From: a bacterium
GTDB lineage: Bacteria > Patescibacteriota > UBA1384 > 2-12-FULL-50-11
Length of the DNA stretch: 64,000 nt
NCBI GenBank assembly: GCA_021463485.1
Contig: JAJTYJ010000003.1
Span: forward strand, 88,380 to 152,379
Direction of reading: 5' to 3'
A program made the translations under genes and the position numbers. This document shows, piece by piece, positions 32,877 through 43,698 of this stretch (the first letter of the stretch is position 1; the number at the start of each line of letters is the position of its first letter). The notes below the pieces were generated by a model. The model saw only the letters and a list, made by a program, of their open reading frames with translations. It had not been told where the DNA came from and did no database searches.

Positions 32877-33458
32877 ATGAAAATTCTTTTAGGACAGAAA
32901 ATTGGTATGACACAGCTTTGGGATAACAAGGGCAAGCTTGTTGCGGCCACTGTTATTCAGGCACAGCCAAATAAAGTTCTACGACACGGCGAAAGCCGCG
33001 TTTTTGTTGCGGCTAACGTTCGTGGCAAAGTTAATAAACCACAACAAAAATTAGCTAAAGAAGCCGGCATCACCGACGGCATGTGGTTAAAAAGCGTTAC
33101 TGATGTTGAAGGCGAAACGCTCGATGTAACACAGTTTGAAATCGGTGACGTTGTGACAGTTAGTGGTACCACTAAAGGTAAGGGTTTTAGCGGTACGATT
33201 AAACGTCATAACTTCCACCGCGGACCGATGACTCACGGTGGTGATAACCATCGCGGACCGGGTTCGATCGGTGCACAACGACCGCAGCGCGTACCGAAAG
33301 GTCAGAAAATGGCCGGTCATCTCGGTAACGTTCAGTTTACTTCTCGCGGAAACAAGGTTATCGCCGTCGAGCCAGCTGAGAACTTATTAGTGATCGCTGG
33401 TGCAGTGCCAGGACCAAAAAAATCTAACGTTATCGTCCGATTACAGGAGAATAAATAA
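32877..33458 (+). CDS. rplC: 50S ribosomal protein L3
   Basis: L3 family motifs. Confidence 0.95.
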   Translation: MKILLGQKIGMTQLWDNKGKLVAATVIQAQPNKVLRHGESRVFVAANVRGKVNKPQQKLAKEAGITDGMWLKSVTDVEGETLDVTQFEIGDVVTVSGTTKGKGFSGTIKRHNFHRGPMTHGGDNHRGPGSIGAQRPQRVPKGQKMAGHLGNVQFTSRGNKVIAVEPAENLLVIAGAVPGPKKSNVIVRLQENK

Positions 33459-34069
33459 TGGCCAAGGCAAAACTAAACGTATCGCTGATTAAACAAGCCT
33501 TGCGCACCAAGCAAGCGAATACTCGGCAGGCAACGTCGCACGTTAAAACACGCGGCGAGGTTTCTGGTGGCGGTAAAAAGCCGTGGAAGCAGAAAGGTAC
33601 TGGTCGTGCCCGTGCTGGCTCAAGCCGAAGTCCGATTTGGGTTGGCGGCGGAATTGTGTTCGGCCCAAGCCGAGAGCGCAATTACAAACTCAATTTACCG
33701 AAAAAAATGAATCGAGCAGCGATTACTCAGCTGCTTCGGTACCAATTGGAAAACGGTGCACTAAAAATCGTTGACAAACTAGCACTCAAAGAGCCAAAAA
33801 CCAAATTAGCGCTCAAATTACTAGAAGAGCATGGCGCCCAGAGCACGGTAACAATTATTACAAAAGAAGTGCAGCCAGAGTTACTAGCCGGCACTAACAA
33901 TTTAAAAACTGTTTCAGTTGTTTTAGCAGATAACGTATCAGTATTAGATATCGCTCATGCAAAGACCATCCTTGTCGACAAAGCCTCGGCCGAGCAGTTC
34001 GGATTAGTCGAGAAGGTAGCTGAATCGAAACCAAAACCAAAAAGCAAAATAACAGCTAAAAAGAAATAA
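33458..34069 (+). CDS. rplD: 50S ribosomal protein L4
   Basis: L4 family. Confidence 0.95.
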   Translation: MAKAKLNVSLIKQALRTKQANTRQATSHVKTRGEVSGGGKKPWKQKGTGRARAGSSRSPIWVGGGIVFGPSRERNYKLNLPKKMNRAAITQLLRYQLENGALKIVDKLALKEPKTKLALKLLEEHGAQSTVTIITKEVQPELLAGTNNLKTVSVVLADNVSVLDIAHAKTILVDKASAEQFGLVEKVAESKPKPKSKITAKKK

Positions 34070-34386
34070 TGAGCTCAATTATCGCCCCAGTTTTAACAGA
34101 AAAATCGGCAAGCAATTTTGATAACGGCTTATACGTGTTTGCTGTAGCTAAATACGCGACAAAAAACTCGATCGCGGCAGAGCTAAAACACCTCTACGAT
34201 GTTGATGTAACGTCGGTTCGAATCGTTAATTTACCAGCTAAGACAGTTAATTTTAAACGAAAACCCGGGGTACGCAGCGTTCGACGTAAGGCTTACATTC
34301 AACTTGCTCCGAAGCAAAAAATCGCGGGCTTTGAAGTTCAAAAAGAAGCAAAAGAAAAAGAAGAGAAAGTAGAGGAGACTAAGTAA
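34069..34386 (+). CDS. rplW: 50S ribosomal protein L23
   Basis: L23 family. Confidence 0.9.
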   Translation: MSSIIAPVLTEKSASNFDNGLYVFAVAKYATKNSIAAELKHLYDVDVTSVRIVNLPAKTVNFKRKPGVRSVRRKAYIQLAPKQKIAGFEVQKEAKEKEEKVEETK

Positions 34387-35219
34387 TGCCACGCGCTATT
34401 AAACCGACCAGTCCGGCGATTCGCCACATGAGTTACGGCGATTTTAGTACTCTTACTAAAAAACGACCAGAAAAGTCGCTAACGTTTCGTTTGAAAAAGC
34501 ACGGCGGACGCGATAATAAAGGTATAATTTCCGTCCGTCACCAGGGCGGCGGCTCTAAAAAGCTTTACCGAGCTGTAGATTTTAAGTTTTTACCGTTTGA
34601 AGGTAAGGCAGTTGTAACAGCAATCGAGTACGACCCAAACCGCTCGGCGTTTATCGCGTTAATCGAAGTCGGTGAGGCGAAGACAAAAAATTACATCATC
34701 GCTGCAGAAGGTTTGAAAGTTGGCGATACCGTTACCTCAGGACCGGCTAAGAAGTTTACAGTCGGATCTCGTATGAAACTAGCTGATCTACCGGTCGGTA
34801 CGGTTATTCATAATATCGAGCTTAACCCGGGACAAGGCGGTAAAATCGTGCGTTCAGCCGGTTCGAGCGCGGTACTAGCTGCCAAGGAAGGTAAGTTTGC
34901 GTATATCAAGATGCCTTCTTCAGAAATGCGTAAAGTCCTGTTAGAATGTATGGCGTCAGTCGGTGCGGTATCTAACCCAACTCATAACCGCGTTCGCATT
35001 GCAAAAGCCGGTCGTATGCGCCATATGGGCGTTCGTCCATCTGTTCGTGGTAAGGCGATGTCGCCGAACTCTCACCCACACGGTGGAGGAGAAGGATTGA
35101 GCCCGATTGGTATGAAACATCCGAAAACTCCATGGGGTAAACCGGCGCTTGGGTACCGAACGCGTCGTAACAAACGTACCCAGAAGTATATTATTAGCCG
35201 CCGAAAGGCCAAGAGGTAA
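34386..35219 (+). CDS. rplB: 50S ribosomal protein L2
   Basis: L2 family. Confidence 0.97.
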   Translation: MPRAIKPTSPAIRHMSYGDFSTLTKKRPEKSLTFRLKKHGGRDNKGIISVRHQGGGSKKLYRAVDFKFLPFEGKAVVTAIEYDPNRSAFIALIEVGEAKTKNYIIAAEGLKVGDTVTSGPAKKFTVGSRMKLADLPVGTVIHNIELNPGQGGKIVRSAGSSAVLAAKEGKFAYIKMPSSEMRKVLLECMASVGAVSNPTHNRVRIAKAGRMRHMGVRPSVRGKAMSPNSHPHGGGEGLSPIGMKHPKTPWGKPALGYRTRRNKRTQKYIISRRKAKR

Positions 35220-35224
35220 AGTAG

Positions 35225-35524
35225 ATGAGTCGATCACTGAAAAAGGGTCCGTATTGCGATCCGAAACTACTCAAAAAAATTCAGAATATGCCAGCCGGCT
35301 CACGCACGGTAATTAAAACGTGGTCGCGTTCGTCGACGATCTTTCCAGAGATGGTTGGGTTTACGTTCGGTGTTCACAACGGTAAAACTCATCAAGCAGT
35401 AACTGTTGTGGAAGAGATGGTCGGTCATAAACTTGGTGAGTTTGCGCCAACCCGGAAATTCCGTAGTCACGGCGGTAAAATGGCAAAAGAACAAGGCGCC
35501 GCCCCAGCTGGAGGTAAGAAATAA
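35225..35524 (+). CDS. rpsS: 30S ribosomal protein S19
   Basis: S19 family. Confidence 0.95.
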   Translation: MSRSLKKGPYCDPKLLKKIQNMPAGSRTVIKTWSRSSTIFPEMVGFTFGVHNGKTHQAVTVVEEMVGHKLGEFAPTRKFRSHGGKMAKEQGAAPAGGKK

Positions 35525-35526
35525 CC

Positions 35527-35931
35527 ATGGCTGTAACTGTTAAATTACGCTACATCAGACATTCAGCTAAAAAATTGCGTCCGTACGCACGACTTTTTGT
35601 TGGTAAGCCTCTTCAGGGCTCGATTAACAAAAGTATGCTGATGCCACAGGATTCCGCTCAATTTATTTATAAAGCATTGCTAATGGCGCGCGCAGCAGCA
35701 GAGTCTAAAGAGTTTAAACCAGAAGAGATGATCGTCTCGATGATAATGGCCGACGAAGGTCCACGGATTAAGCGAATGCGACCGAACGCTCGTGGTCGCT
35801 CGAACCGCTACCAAAAACACTTGGCTCACCTAACCCTTAGTGTTGATGTGCCAAAAATTGAGCCAAAGAAAATCGAAGAAAAACCAAAGACCGCTAAAAA
35901 AGCCGTCGCCAAGAAAGGTGAGAAAAAGTAA
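35527..35931 (+). CDS. rplV: 50S ribosomal protein L22
   Basis: L22 family. Confidence 0.92.
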   Translation: MAVTVKLRYIRHSAKKLRPYARLFVGKPLQGSINKSMLMPQDSAQFIYKALLMARAAAESKEFKPEEMIVSMIMADEGPRIKRMRPNARGRSNRYQKHLAHLTLSVDVPKIEPKKIEEKPKTAKKAVAKKGEKK

Positions 35932-35933
35932 TC

Positions 35934-36596
35934 ATGGGTCAGAAAATTAATCCTATCAGCAATCGACTTCCGATCACCGCTAACTGGCAGAGTAAGTGGT
36001 TCGCTAAGGGTGACTTTAAAAAATACTTAGTCGCCGATTTTAAAATTCGTGATTACATTAAAGCTAAGCTCTCAAACGCAGGCTTACGCCGAGTTGAAAT
36101 TATTCGCTCACGAGATCGACTAACAATTCAATTGGCGACGAGTAAACCTGGTCTTGTGATCGGTCGCGGCGGCCAAGGTATTTCTACTCTTAAAGACGAA
36201 CTTCAGAAAAAGTTTTACCCTGAAAACTTACCAGTAATTCGGTTAGAGATTGTTGAAGATCGTCATCCCGAACTATCAGCGACGTTGATCGGTCAGAATA
36301 TTGGTAATCAGATCGAACGTCGAATTCCGTATCGAAGAGCCTGTAAGCAAGCGATCGAGCGAACGATGAGTAACAAGGTTGCTAAAGGCATTAAGATTAT
36401 TGTTTCCGGTCGTTTGAACGGCGCCGAAATTGCGCGGGACGAAAAATTCCAAGACGGATCGATCCCACTTTCGCGTTACGAGTACGATATCGACTACGAC
36501 GTTTACCACGCTCGTACCACTTATGGGGTAATCGGCGTTAAGGTTTGGGTTAATCGCGGTAAATTTGTCGACCAAGAGCAGGAGGAGAAGAACTAA
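35934..36596 (+). CDS. rpsC: 30S ribosomal protein S3
   Basis: S3 family with KH domain. Confidence 0.96.
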   Translation: MGQKINPISNRLPITANWQSKWFAKGDFKKYLVADFKIRDYIKAKLSNAGLRRVEIIRSRDRLTIQLATSKPGLVIGRGGQGISTLKDELQKKFYPENLPVIRLEIVEDRHPELSATLIGQNIGNQIERRIPYRRACKQAIERTMSNKVAKGIKIIVSGRLNGAEIARDEKFQDGSIPLSRYEYDIDYDVYHARTTYGVIGVKVWVNRGKFVDQEQEEKN

Positions 36597-37009
36597 TGCT
36601 TTTGCCAAAGAAGCTCAAGCACCGAAAAGTCTTTAAGGGAACCTACGCTGGCCCAGCCACGCGTGGCTTTACCGTAAGTTTCGGAACCTACGGCTTAAAG
36701 GCTATGGATCGTGCCTGGTTATCTTCAAGACAGCTTGAAGCCGGTCGTCGAGCGATGACTCGCTATATTAAGCGTGGTGGTAAAATCTGGATTCGTGTCT
36801 TTCCTCACAAACCTGTTACATCAAAGCCAGCCGAAGTCGGCATGGGCGGCGGTAAGGGCGCGCTTGATCATTTTGTTGCTGTAGTTAAGCCCGGTACTAT
36901 TCTTTACGAAATGTCAGGTGTTGATGAAGCGACGGCAGCTGAGGCGATGCGTTTGGCGGCCAATAAACTACCAGTTAAAACTAAGTTCATTAAGGCGGAC
37001 TCCAAATGA
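36596..37009 (+). CDS. rplP: 50S ribosomal protein L16
   Basis: L16 family. Confidence 0.96.
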   Translation: MLLPKKLKHRKVFKGTYAGPATRGFTVSFGTYGLKAMDRAWLSSRQLEAGRRAMTRYIKRGGKIWIRVFPHKPVTSKPAEVGMGGGKGALDHFVAVVKPGTILYEMSGVDEATAAEAMRLAANKLPVKTKFIKADSK

Positions 37010-37221
37010 AGCGACGAGATTTATTATCAGACATTAGAGGCTTATCAACAGAGAAGCTATCTGGTAAAATAGCCGAGAGCCAGAAAAAGTTAGTGCTCTT
37101 ACAGCAGGATAAATTATTAGGAAAGCTCAAAAACGTCCGAGAGCTCTCTGTATTAAAAACCGATATCGCTCGGATGAAGACCGTTCTCGACGAAAAGATT
37201 ACCGAAGGATTAAGTAAATAA
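37006..37221 (+). CDS. rpmC: 50S ribosomal protein L29
   Basis: Size, position and helical L29-like sequence. Confidence 0.85.
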   Translation: MKRRDLLSDIRGLSTEKLSGKIAESQKKLVLLQQDKLLGKLKNVRELSVLKTDIARMKTVLDEKITEGLSK

Positions 37222-37222
37222 G

Positions 37223-37462
37223 ATGAAAAAAACCCAGGTTGGCACCGTTGTTTCCGACAAAATGCAGAATACTGCTGTTGTTGAGGTTGCTCTCTGGAAG
37301 ATTCATCGGATTATCAAAAAGCGCTATAAGCGTCATCAACGATTTATGGCCCATAACCCGGAAAACACGTACAAGGTGGGGGATAAAGTAGAGATCGTTG
37401 AGACCAAGCCGCTGAGCAAGAATAAGCGTTGGGAGATCACCCGAAAGGTTGAGGTTAAGTAA
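37223..37462 (+). CDS. rpsQ: 30S ribosomal protein S17
   Basis: S17 family. Confidence 0.93.
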   Translation: MKKTQVGTVVSDKMQNTAVVEVALWKIHRIIKKRYKRHQRFMAHNPENTYKVGDKVEIVETKPLSKNKRWEITRKVEVK

Positions 37463-37830
37463 TGTTACAGCTTATGAGTCGCGTAAAAGTTGCGGACAAT
37501 TCCGGCGCTAAGTGGGTCGGAGTAATTAAAGTTGTCGGTCAGGGTATCCACGACGGCGCCGAGCTCGGTGATATCGTAGTTGCCTCTGTTAAATCTGCGA
37601 TGCCGCGAGGTAACGTTAAAGCTAAAGAAGTTGTTCGAGCGGTGATCGTTCGACAGAGTAAACCGTATCGTCGCAAAGACGGTTCGACGATTCGCTTTGA
37701 CGATAACGCTGTTGTAATTATTAACCCCGACGGAACGCCGCGAGGAACCCGAATTTTTGGTCCGATTGCCAGAGAGATTCGTGATCGTGGATACGCGAAG
37801 ATCGTTTCGCTAGCGCCGGAGGTACTCTAA
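37462..37830 (+). CDS. rplN: 50S ribosomal protein L14
   Basis: L14 family. Confidence 0.96.
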   Translation: MLQLMSRVKVADNSGAKWVGVIKVVGQGIHDGAELGDIVVASVKSAMPRGNVKAKEVVRAVIVRQSKPYRRKDGSTIRFDDNAVVIINPDGTPRGTRIFGPIAREIRDRGYAKIVSLAPEVL

Positions 37831-38159
37831 TGGCTAGAATTCTAAAAGGCGACAAAGTACTAATTATTGCCGGCAAGGACCGAAACAAGGTTGGCGTGGT
37901 TGAAAAAGTTTTCCCTACCGAGCAAAAAGTTGTTGTGGCAGGAATAAATATTGTTAAAAAACACTTAAAAAAGTCGATGCAAAATCCGCAAGGCGGCGTT
38001 ATTGAGAAAACTGCACCGATGCATATCTCAAATGTTATGTTGCTTGATCCGGCAAAGAATAAACCAACCCGAATTGGTTATATCGTAACGCCAAAAGATA
38101 AAAACCGTGTCACGAAGCTTAGTAATGAAGTTGTTCGACAGACTAAAGAGAAGAAATAA
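37830..38159 (+). CDS. rplX: 50S ribosomal protein L24
   Basis: L24 family (KOW motif). Confidence 0.93.
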   Translation: MARILKGDKVLIIAGKDRNKVGVVEKVFPTEQKVVVAGINIVKKHLKKSMQNPQGGVIEKTAPMHISNVMLLDPAKNKPTRIGYIVTPKDKNRVTKLSNEVVRQTKEKK

Positions 38160-38704
38160 TGTCTATTATTAACGTCAAAGAAAATTATCAGGCAAACGTC
38201 AAAGAACTTCAGCAGAAGCTAGAGGTACCGAACGTGTGGGCGCTGCCTAGAATTACGAAGGTTAGCGTCAACGTCGGACTTGGCCAGCACCGGGCTAATA
38301 AAGAGATGGTTAGTTATATTCAAGATACGCTCACAATTATTACCGGTCAGAAAGCTGTGCCAACAAAAGCCAAGAAAGCGATCGCTGGTTTCAAAATCCG
38401 AGCCGGAGATGTTGTTGGTATGCGAGTAACGCTTCGCGGCGCAAAGATGAACGATTTTCTCAACCGTTTAATTAATATCAGTCTTCCACGAATTCGTGAT
38501 TTTAAAGGAATTGAAAAGAAATGTTTGGATAAACAAGGCAATCTAACGATCGGTCTACGCGATCAAGTTCCGTTTGCCGAACTCGGTCACGACGCAATGG
38601 AGAAGCAGTTCGGTTTAACAATCAGTGTCTCGATAAAAAATTCGGATCCAGAAAAGAGTTTCGTTATGCTTCAGACTCTTGGTTTTCCGATGAGAATCCA
38701 GTAA
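38159..38704 (+). CDS. rplE: 50S ribosomal protein L5
   Basis: L5 family. Confidence 0.95.
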   Translation: MSIINVKENYQANVKELQQKLEVPNVWALPRITKVSVNVGLGQHRANKEMVSYIQDTLTIITGQKAVPTKAKKAIAGFKIRAGDVVGMRVTLRGAKMNDFLNRLINISLPRIRDFKGIEKKCLDKQGNLTIGLRDQVPFAELGHDAMEKQFGLTISVSIKNSDPEKSFVMLQTLGFPMRIQ

Positions 38705-38717
38705 AATTGAATCTGTT

Positions 38718-38897
38718 ATGGCAAGTAAACGATATACAACCGGCAAAGTTCCAAAATTCAAAACCCGCATCGTTAATCGTTGCGCACTTTGTGGACGTAA
38801 CCGCGGCTATCTGCGTAAGTTTGGGATTTGCCGAATTTGTTTTCGTGAACGAGCTAGTAGCGGTGAGATTCCAGGTATTAGAAAGGCATCGTGGTAA
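38718..38897 (+). CDS. rpsZ: 30S ribosomal protein S14 type Z (59 aa), missed by the ORF track
   Basis: Hand translation: [59 protein letters not shown] with the CxxC…CxxC zinc motif; the track's 38707 ORF is the wrong frame. Confidence 0.93.
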   Translation: MASKRYTTGKVPKFKTRIVNRCALCGRNRGYLRKFGICRICFRERASSGEIPGIRKASW

Positions 38898-38958
38898 ATA
38901 AATATGTACTATCACTTCGCTCAGAAACCATCGCAGAAAACCATGAATATTTTTAGAG

Positions 38959-39336
38959 GTGCTCATGTATAACGACACTGTTAGCGATTTCTTAACTCGA
39001 CTCCGCAACAGCTCACTCTCCGGCAAGAAGGTGGCGAAAGTTCGTTATAGCAAAATGGTTACTGATATCGCTGAGATTCTTAAAAAAGAAGGTTTTATTA
39101 TTTCGATCGATCGCGACGGTAACGAGATGGATATCGTATTAAATAGCGAGACTCCGTTTACTCACATTAAGCGTATCAGTAAGCCTGGCATCCGACGTTA
39201 CGTTAAATCAAGCGAAATTCCAACACCACGTAGCGGTTTTGGTATGGTAATCATTTCAACGCCAAAAGGTGTCTTAACTGGTCAGCAAGCAAAAAAACAA
39301 AAAGTCGGCGGCGAATTAGTTTGTGAGGTCTGGTAA
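38959..39336 (+). CDS. rpsH: 30S ribosomal protein S8
   Basis: S8 family. Confidence 0.94.
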   Translation: MLMYNDTVSDFLTRLRNSSLSGKKVAKVRYSKMVTDIAEILKKEGFIISIDRDGNEMDIVLNSETPFTHIKRISKPGIRRYVKSSEIPTPRSGFGMVIISTPKGVLTGQQAKKQKVGGELVCEVW

Positions 39337-39878
39337 TGTCACGAATCGGAATTAAACCAGTTGTAGTTAACGACGGCGTCACAGTTACGGTTGAGCCAAC
39401 GAGTATTACCGCAAAGGGCCCGCTTGGCGAACTTTCGATCGCGTTGCCGCACGGAATTTCTGTAACTCAGAAAGATAACAAAATGACCGTTGCTCGTTTG
39501 AGCGATGCAAAACAGTATCGGGCGTTGCACGGTACGGTTCGCAACCTTCTTCACAACATTATTACAGGTGTTTCAACTGGGTTTACTAAAAAATTAGAAT
39601 TGGTTGGTATTGGCTATAGAGCAGCGATCGAAGGGAACGACTTAGTATTACAAGTCGGGTATACTCACCCAGTCCGAATGACGATTCCCGAAGGACTTCA
39701 AGCTAAAGTTGAGAAGAACGTGATTACAGTTACAGGCGCCGATAAACAACGTCTCGGTCAGTTCTGCGCAGAGGTCCGTCAAGTCCGCAAGCCTGAACCG
39801 TACAAGGGCAAGGGTATCCGCTACCAAGGTGAGCACGTTCGTATGAAACAAGGTAAGGCGATGAAGGCAGCGGCGTAA
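39336..39878 (+). CDS. rplF: 50S ribosomal protein L6
   Basis: L6 family. Confidence 0.94.
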   Translation: MSRIGIKPVVVNDGVTVTVEPTSITAKGPLGELSIALPHGISVTQKDNKMTVARLSDAKQYRALHGTVRNLLHNIITGVSTGFTKKLELVGIGYRAAIEGNDLVLQVGYTHPVRMTIPEGLQAKVEKNVITVTGADKQRLGQFCAEVRQVRKPEPYKGKGIRYQGEHVRMKQGKAMKAAA

Positions 39879-39880
39879 AA

Positions 39881-40207
39881 ATGATAAATAGAAATAAAAT
39901 TCACACTAAATTGCGGTTCAAAGTTTCTGGCACAGCCAGCCGCCCTCGTTTAGCAGTCTATCGAAGCTTGCAAAATGTTTTTGCGCAGTTGATCGACGAC
40001 GAGAATGGTGTCACACTTGCCAGTGCTTCTTCACTTAAAGAAAAAGGATCACTAACACAGAAAGCCAAGATCGTCGGTGGAGCAATCGCTAAGGCTGCGG
40101 CTGAGAAAAAGATAAAGACGGCTGTATACGATCGCGGCGGATTTGCGTACAAAGGCGCGGTTAAGACGCTTTGCGAAGCAGCACGAGAGAACGGATTAAC
40201 GATATAA
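39881..40207 (+). CDS. rplR: 50S ribosomal protein L18
   Basis: L18 family. Confidence 0.92.
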   Translation: MINRNKIHTKLRFKVSGTASRPRLAVYRSLQNVFAQLIDDENGVTLASASSLKEKGSLTQKAKIVGGAIAKAAAEKKIKTAVYDRGGFAYKGAVKTLCEAARENGLTI

Positions 40208-40208
40208 A

Positions 40209-40709
40209 ATGGTACGAGATAAAAACGATATTAGCGAAGAGATAATTATCACCGAAGCACCAGAGATGTTGGAGCGCGTAGTTGGAGTTGATCGAATTTC
40301 GCGAACCGTTAAAGGTGGTCGTCGGATCCGTTTCAGAGCGCTGATTATTATTGGCGATCGTAACGGTAAGGTTGGTATGGGAGTTGCGAAGGCAAACGAC
40401 GTACAGACCGCAATCGCTAAAGCTAAAAACAAAGCAAATAAATCGATGATTGAAGTGCCGATCGTTAACGACAGTATCGCTCACGAGGTGATGCAGGTAT
40501 TCGGAACGACTCGCGTAATCTTAAAACCAGCACCGAAGGGTCACTCAATTATCGCTGGTGGAGCTGTTCGCTCGGTCGTTGAGCTTTGCGGAATTAAAAA
40601 TATCGTTAGTAAATCACTCGGTAGTTCCAACGCGATCAATAACGCAACTGCGACGTTTCTAGCATTACAACAATTAAAAGTTAATCCTGTTAAGCGAGGT
40701 CAAAAATGA
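40209..40709 (+). CDS. rpsE: 30S ribosomal protein S5
   Basis: S5 family; followed directly by rplO with no L30 gene. Confidence 0.95.
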   Translation: MVRDKNDISEEIIITEAPEMLERVVGVDRISRTVKGGRRIRFRALIIIGDRNGKVGMGVAKANDVQTAIAKAKNKANKSMIEVPIVNDSIAHEVMQVFGTTRVILKPAPKGHSIIAGGAVRSVVELCGIKNIVSKSLGSSNAINNATATFLALQQLKVNPVKRGQK

Positions 40710-41119
40710 GCGTAACGAAGCTATTTAAAGACATGCGCGACACCAAATCTCGACGACTCGGTCGTGGTATCGGCTCGACTAAAGGTAAAACTGCCGGTCG
40801 CGGTACGAAGGGTCAGAAATCTCGAGCCGGAGCTAGTCGAAAAATTAAGCCGTGGTTTGAAGGTGGACAGACCCCGCTATTTCGAAAGTTAGCTAAAAAG
40901 CGCGGATTTTCTCTCGATAAAGTTGAGAAAGTAACTATTACAACTACAGTTCTTAACGCTTTTTATAAATCGGGTGAAACTGTTTCGCCACAAACCCTGC
41001 TTGAGAAAAAGCTAATTCGCGCTAATAAACTTAAATCACGAATAAAAATTGTTGTTCGGGCACCGCTGGCGCACAAGCTCACGTTTGAAGGCGTACAAAC
41101 CTCAGCAACCCTAAAATAA
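40706..41119 (+). CDS. rplO: 50S ribosomal protein L15
   Basis: L15 family. Confidence 0.93.
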   Translation: MSVTKLFKDMRDTKSRRLGRGIGSTKGKTAGRGTKGQKSRAGASRKIKPWFEGGQTPLFRKLAKKRGFSLDKVEKVTITTTVLNAFYKSGETVSPQTLLEKKLIRANKLKSRIKIVVRAPLAHKLTFEGVQTSATLK

Positions 41120-41122
41120 TTG

Positions 41123-42391
41123 ATGTGGTCTTATTTGCTCCAAGTTTGGCAGTCAAAAGACCTCAGAACAAAGATTCTCTTCACAGTGGGGATTCTCTTA
41201 TTTGTTCGTATCGTTGCCCATATCCCGTTACCAGCAATCGATCGAGATCAGCTTGCAGCGTTTCTTGGACAACAAGAGAACCAAGTATTCGGTTTTCTTA
41301 GCTTGTTTACCGGAGGCTCACTTAGCCGTCTCTCTATCGATTTACTCGGCGTCGGACCGTATATTACCGCTTCTATCATCGTCCAGATTCTCACTAAAGC
41401 AATTCCGAAATGGGATGAGATTAGTAAAGAAGGCAACAGCGGTCGCGAGAAGCTTAACCAATACACCCGATACCTCAGCGTGCCGCTTGCGCTAATTCAG
41501 GGTTACGCCACAATCACCCTCCTTAAAAGTCAGAATATTCTAACCCTGTTGACGACTGAAGATATTATTAAGATTCTTATCACCATCACTGCATCGAGTA
41601 TCTTCGTGATGTGGCTCGGCGAGCTTATCTCGGAGAAAGGTATCGGTAACGGAATCTCGTTAATTATTGCTCTTGGTATCGTCGCAGGCTTACCGCAACA
41701 AATTAGCAACACCGCCAATATTATTGAGTCGGGTAATCTAATGAGTCTTCTAATATTCGGCGCAATCGGATTATTGGTTATTGCGGTAATAATTATGGTT
41801 AATGAGGCGGAGCGAAAAGTACCGATTCAGTATGCACGTCGAACGATCGGTTCCGGTCGAGCCGTTGATAGTCACTTGCCGCTCCGGGTAAATACTGCCG
41901 GAGTTGTTCCGATTATTTTCGCGTTAAGTTTCTTAACGTTCCCGACGCTAATTGCTCGATTTCTGTCTACGGCAAAATCAGACAAGATCGTCGAATTTGC
42001 TAATAAAGTTACCGAGCTATCTTCGAATAATTTGTATTACGGATTATCGTACTTCCTTTTGGTATTTGGATTTACATACTTTTATACTTACATCGTTTTT
42101 CAACCAAATCAGGTAGCGGAGAATTTGCAGAAACAGGGTAGTTTTATTCCGGGTATCCGTCCAGGCAGCGAAACAGCGGCGTTTTTAAAGTATACAATCG
42201 GTCGCATCACCTTTATCGGTGCCACGTTCTTATCGGCGATCGCTGTTTTACCGATTGTCGTTCAGTCGATAACCGATATCTCAACGCTGGTACTCGGCGG
42301 CACAAGCTTGCTAATCGTTGTGTCGGTAGTAATAGAAACCAGCCGACAACTCTCCAGTCAGTTGATAATGAGAAAGTACGATACTGTTTAG
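41123..42391 (+). CDS. secY: Preprotein translocase subunit SecY
   Basis: 10-TM SecY family; ATG 41123 preferred over the track's TTG 41120. Confidence 0.95.
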   Translation: MWSYLLQVWQSKDLRTKILFTVGILLFVRIVAHIPLPAIDRDQLAAFLGQQENQVFGFLSLFTGGSLSRLSIDLLGVGPYITASIIVQILTKAIPKWDEISKEGNSGREKLNQYTRYLSVPLALIQGYATITLLKSQNILTLLTTEDIIKILITITASSIFVMWLGELISEKGIGNGISLIIALGIVAGLPQQISNTANIIESGNLMSLLIFGAIGLLVIAVIIMVNEAERKVPIQYARRTIGSGRAVDSHLPLRVNTAGVVPIIFALSFLTFPTLIARFLSTAKSDKIVEFANKVTELSSNNLYYGLSYFLLVFGFTYFYTYIVFQPNQVAENLQKQGSFIPGIRPGSETAAFLKYTIGRITFIGATFLSAIAVLPIVVQSITDISTLVLGGTSLLIVVSVVIETSRQLSSQLIMRKYDTV

Positions 42392-42428
42392 CAAGCGTTG
42401 GCTGTAAAACCGTGTTAGGATTTAATAG

Positions 42429-43118
42429 ATGAATATTCCAACAAGTGCGTTAATCGTTACTGTTTTACTTTTTGGCTTTTTAACTGGATCAACGTTGTTT
42501 TTCTACAACAAAACCAGGGTGGAGAAAACTCAGAAAACTGAGCAAGTTAACTCGTTTAACGCTGAGCTACCGAAAAGTGTCGACGCTAACACTCCTGACG
42601 AAGTTGATGCCGCTACCAAACCGGCTGAGCCAAAGGGGCGACCGTCGTACCCAGCTAATGTCTACACCGTTAGTCCGAAAGAAACGCTCTTTGCAATCGG
42701 CAATAAATTTAATATGCCCTGGACGCTAATTGTCGAGGCTAACGGCTTAAGCGACGCCAACGTTATTCAAGCTAACTTTCCGTTAGTCATTCCAAAATAC
42801 AACAAGAATACTGATTATTTTCGGGTTAACTTCGTTTTGAATGAAGATAAATTAACAGAAATGAATCGCGAACTCCGTGACGCTAAAGAGAGTGAGTATT
42901 ATGATCCGATCAAAGTCGCTAAAAAGCACGCCGTGCCGTACTTTGCCGTTAACGAACAAGATAGTTTCTCGCTGATTGAAGAGGATAGAAGTAAAGGAAC
43001 GGCATTAGTTGAGGCAAAATCTGAGCGCCAAACCAATGTCATTGGGCTGATACAGCCGAAAACCAAAGGCGAAAAAGGTCTCTGGGTAGTTTTATACGTT
43101 GAAAGACATGAACAGTAA
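42429..43118 (+). CDS. LysM-domain membrane-anchored protein (229 aa)
   Basis: N-terminal TM; LysM motif YTVSPKETLFAIGNKFNMPWTLIVEANGL. Confidence 0.65.
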   Translation: MNIPTSALIVTVLLFGFLTGSTLFFYNKTRVEKTQKTEQVNSFNAELPKSVDANTPDEVDAATKPAEPKGRPSYPANVYTVSPKETLFAIGNKFNMPWTLIVEANGLSDANVIQANFPLVIPKYNKNTDYFRVNFVLNEDKLTEMNRELRDAKESEYYDPIKVAKKHAVPYFAVNEQDSFSLIEEDRSKGTALVEAKSERQTNVIGLIQPKTKGEKGLWVVLYVERHEQ

Positions 43119-43698
43119 TATTCCAGTGTATCTTGTCTTTGGTCCGCAAGGTTCGGGCAAAAGTACTCAAGCCGAGTTATTGAGCGAGAAACTCTCTATC
43201 CCGTATTTCGACGCTGGTAACGAATTGCGACGCTTTGTTGAAACAGATTCAGACGAGGCAAATATTGTTCGCTCCAAGATGCAAAACGGTCAGTTAGTCA
43301 GTAATGATATACTGCGTCGGCTATTTTCTCAGTTTATGGAAACGCATAACTGTAGTAACGGGATAGTGGCAGATGGATTTCCAAGAAATATCACTCAGGT
43401 TGAGTTACTCACAGAATTGGCCGAGCAACACCGATGGCAGGTAATTGGCCTATTTATTGATATTTCTGATGAGATCGCTAAGGAACGACTTTCGAAGCGC
43501 TTTTCAGTTGTTGACGGCAAGAAGGTAGTTCGAAGCGATGATCAGCCCGCTATTGTTGAAAAGCGTTTACAAGTATTCAAGCGAGAGACTTTGCCGGTTT
43601 TAGAATATCTTAAACAGCATTTTACCCTGCATGATATCGACGGTACGCCGTCTATTGAAGAAGTACATAAGCAAGTGCTAACTGCTATTAATGGATAA
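43108..43698 (+). CDS. adk: Adenylate kinase
   Basis: P-loop VFGPQGSGKSTQ; ATG 43108 preferred over TTG 43099. Confidence 0.93.
   Translation: MNSNIPVYLVFGPQGSGKSTQAELLSEKLSIPYFDAGNELRRFVETDSDEANIVRSKMQNGQLVSNDILRRLFSQFMETHNCSNGIVADGFPRNITQVELLTELAEQHRWQVIGLFIDISDEIAKERLSKRFSVVDGKKVVRSDDQPAIVEKRLQVFKRETLPVLEYLKQHFTLHDIDGTPSIEEVHKQVLTAING

Noticed and set aside
38707-38901. Track [19 protein letters not shown]… (64 aa)
   Set aside because: It is the wrong frame over the rpsN (S14 type Z) gene. The correct frame gives a canonical zinc-ribbon S14.
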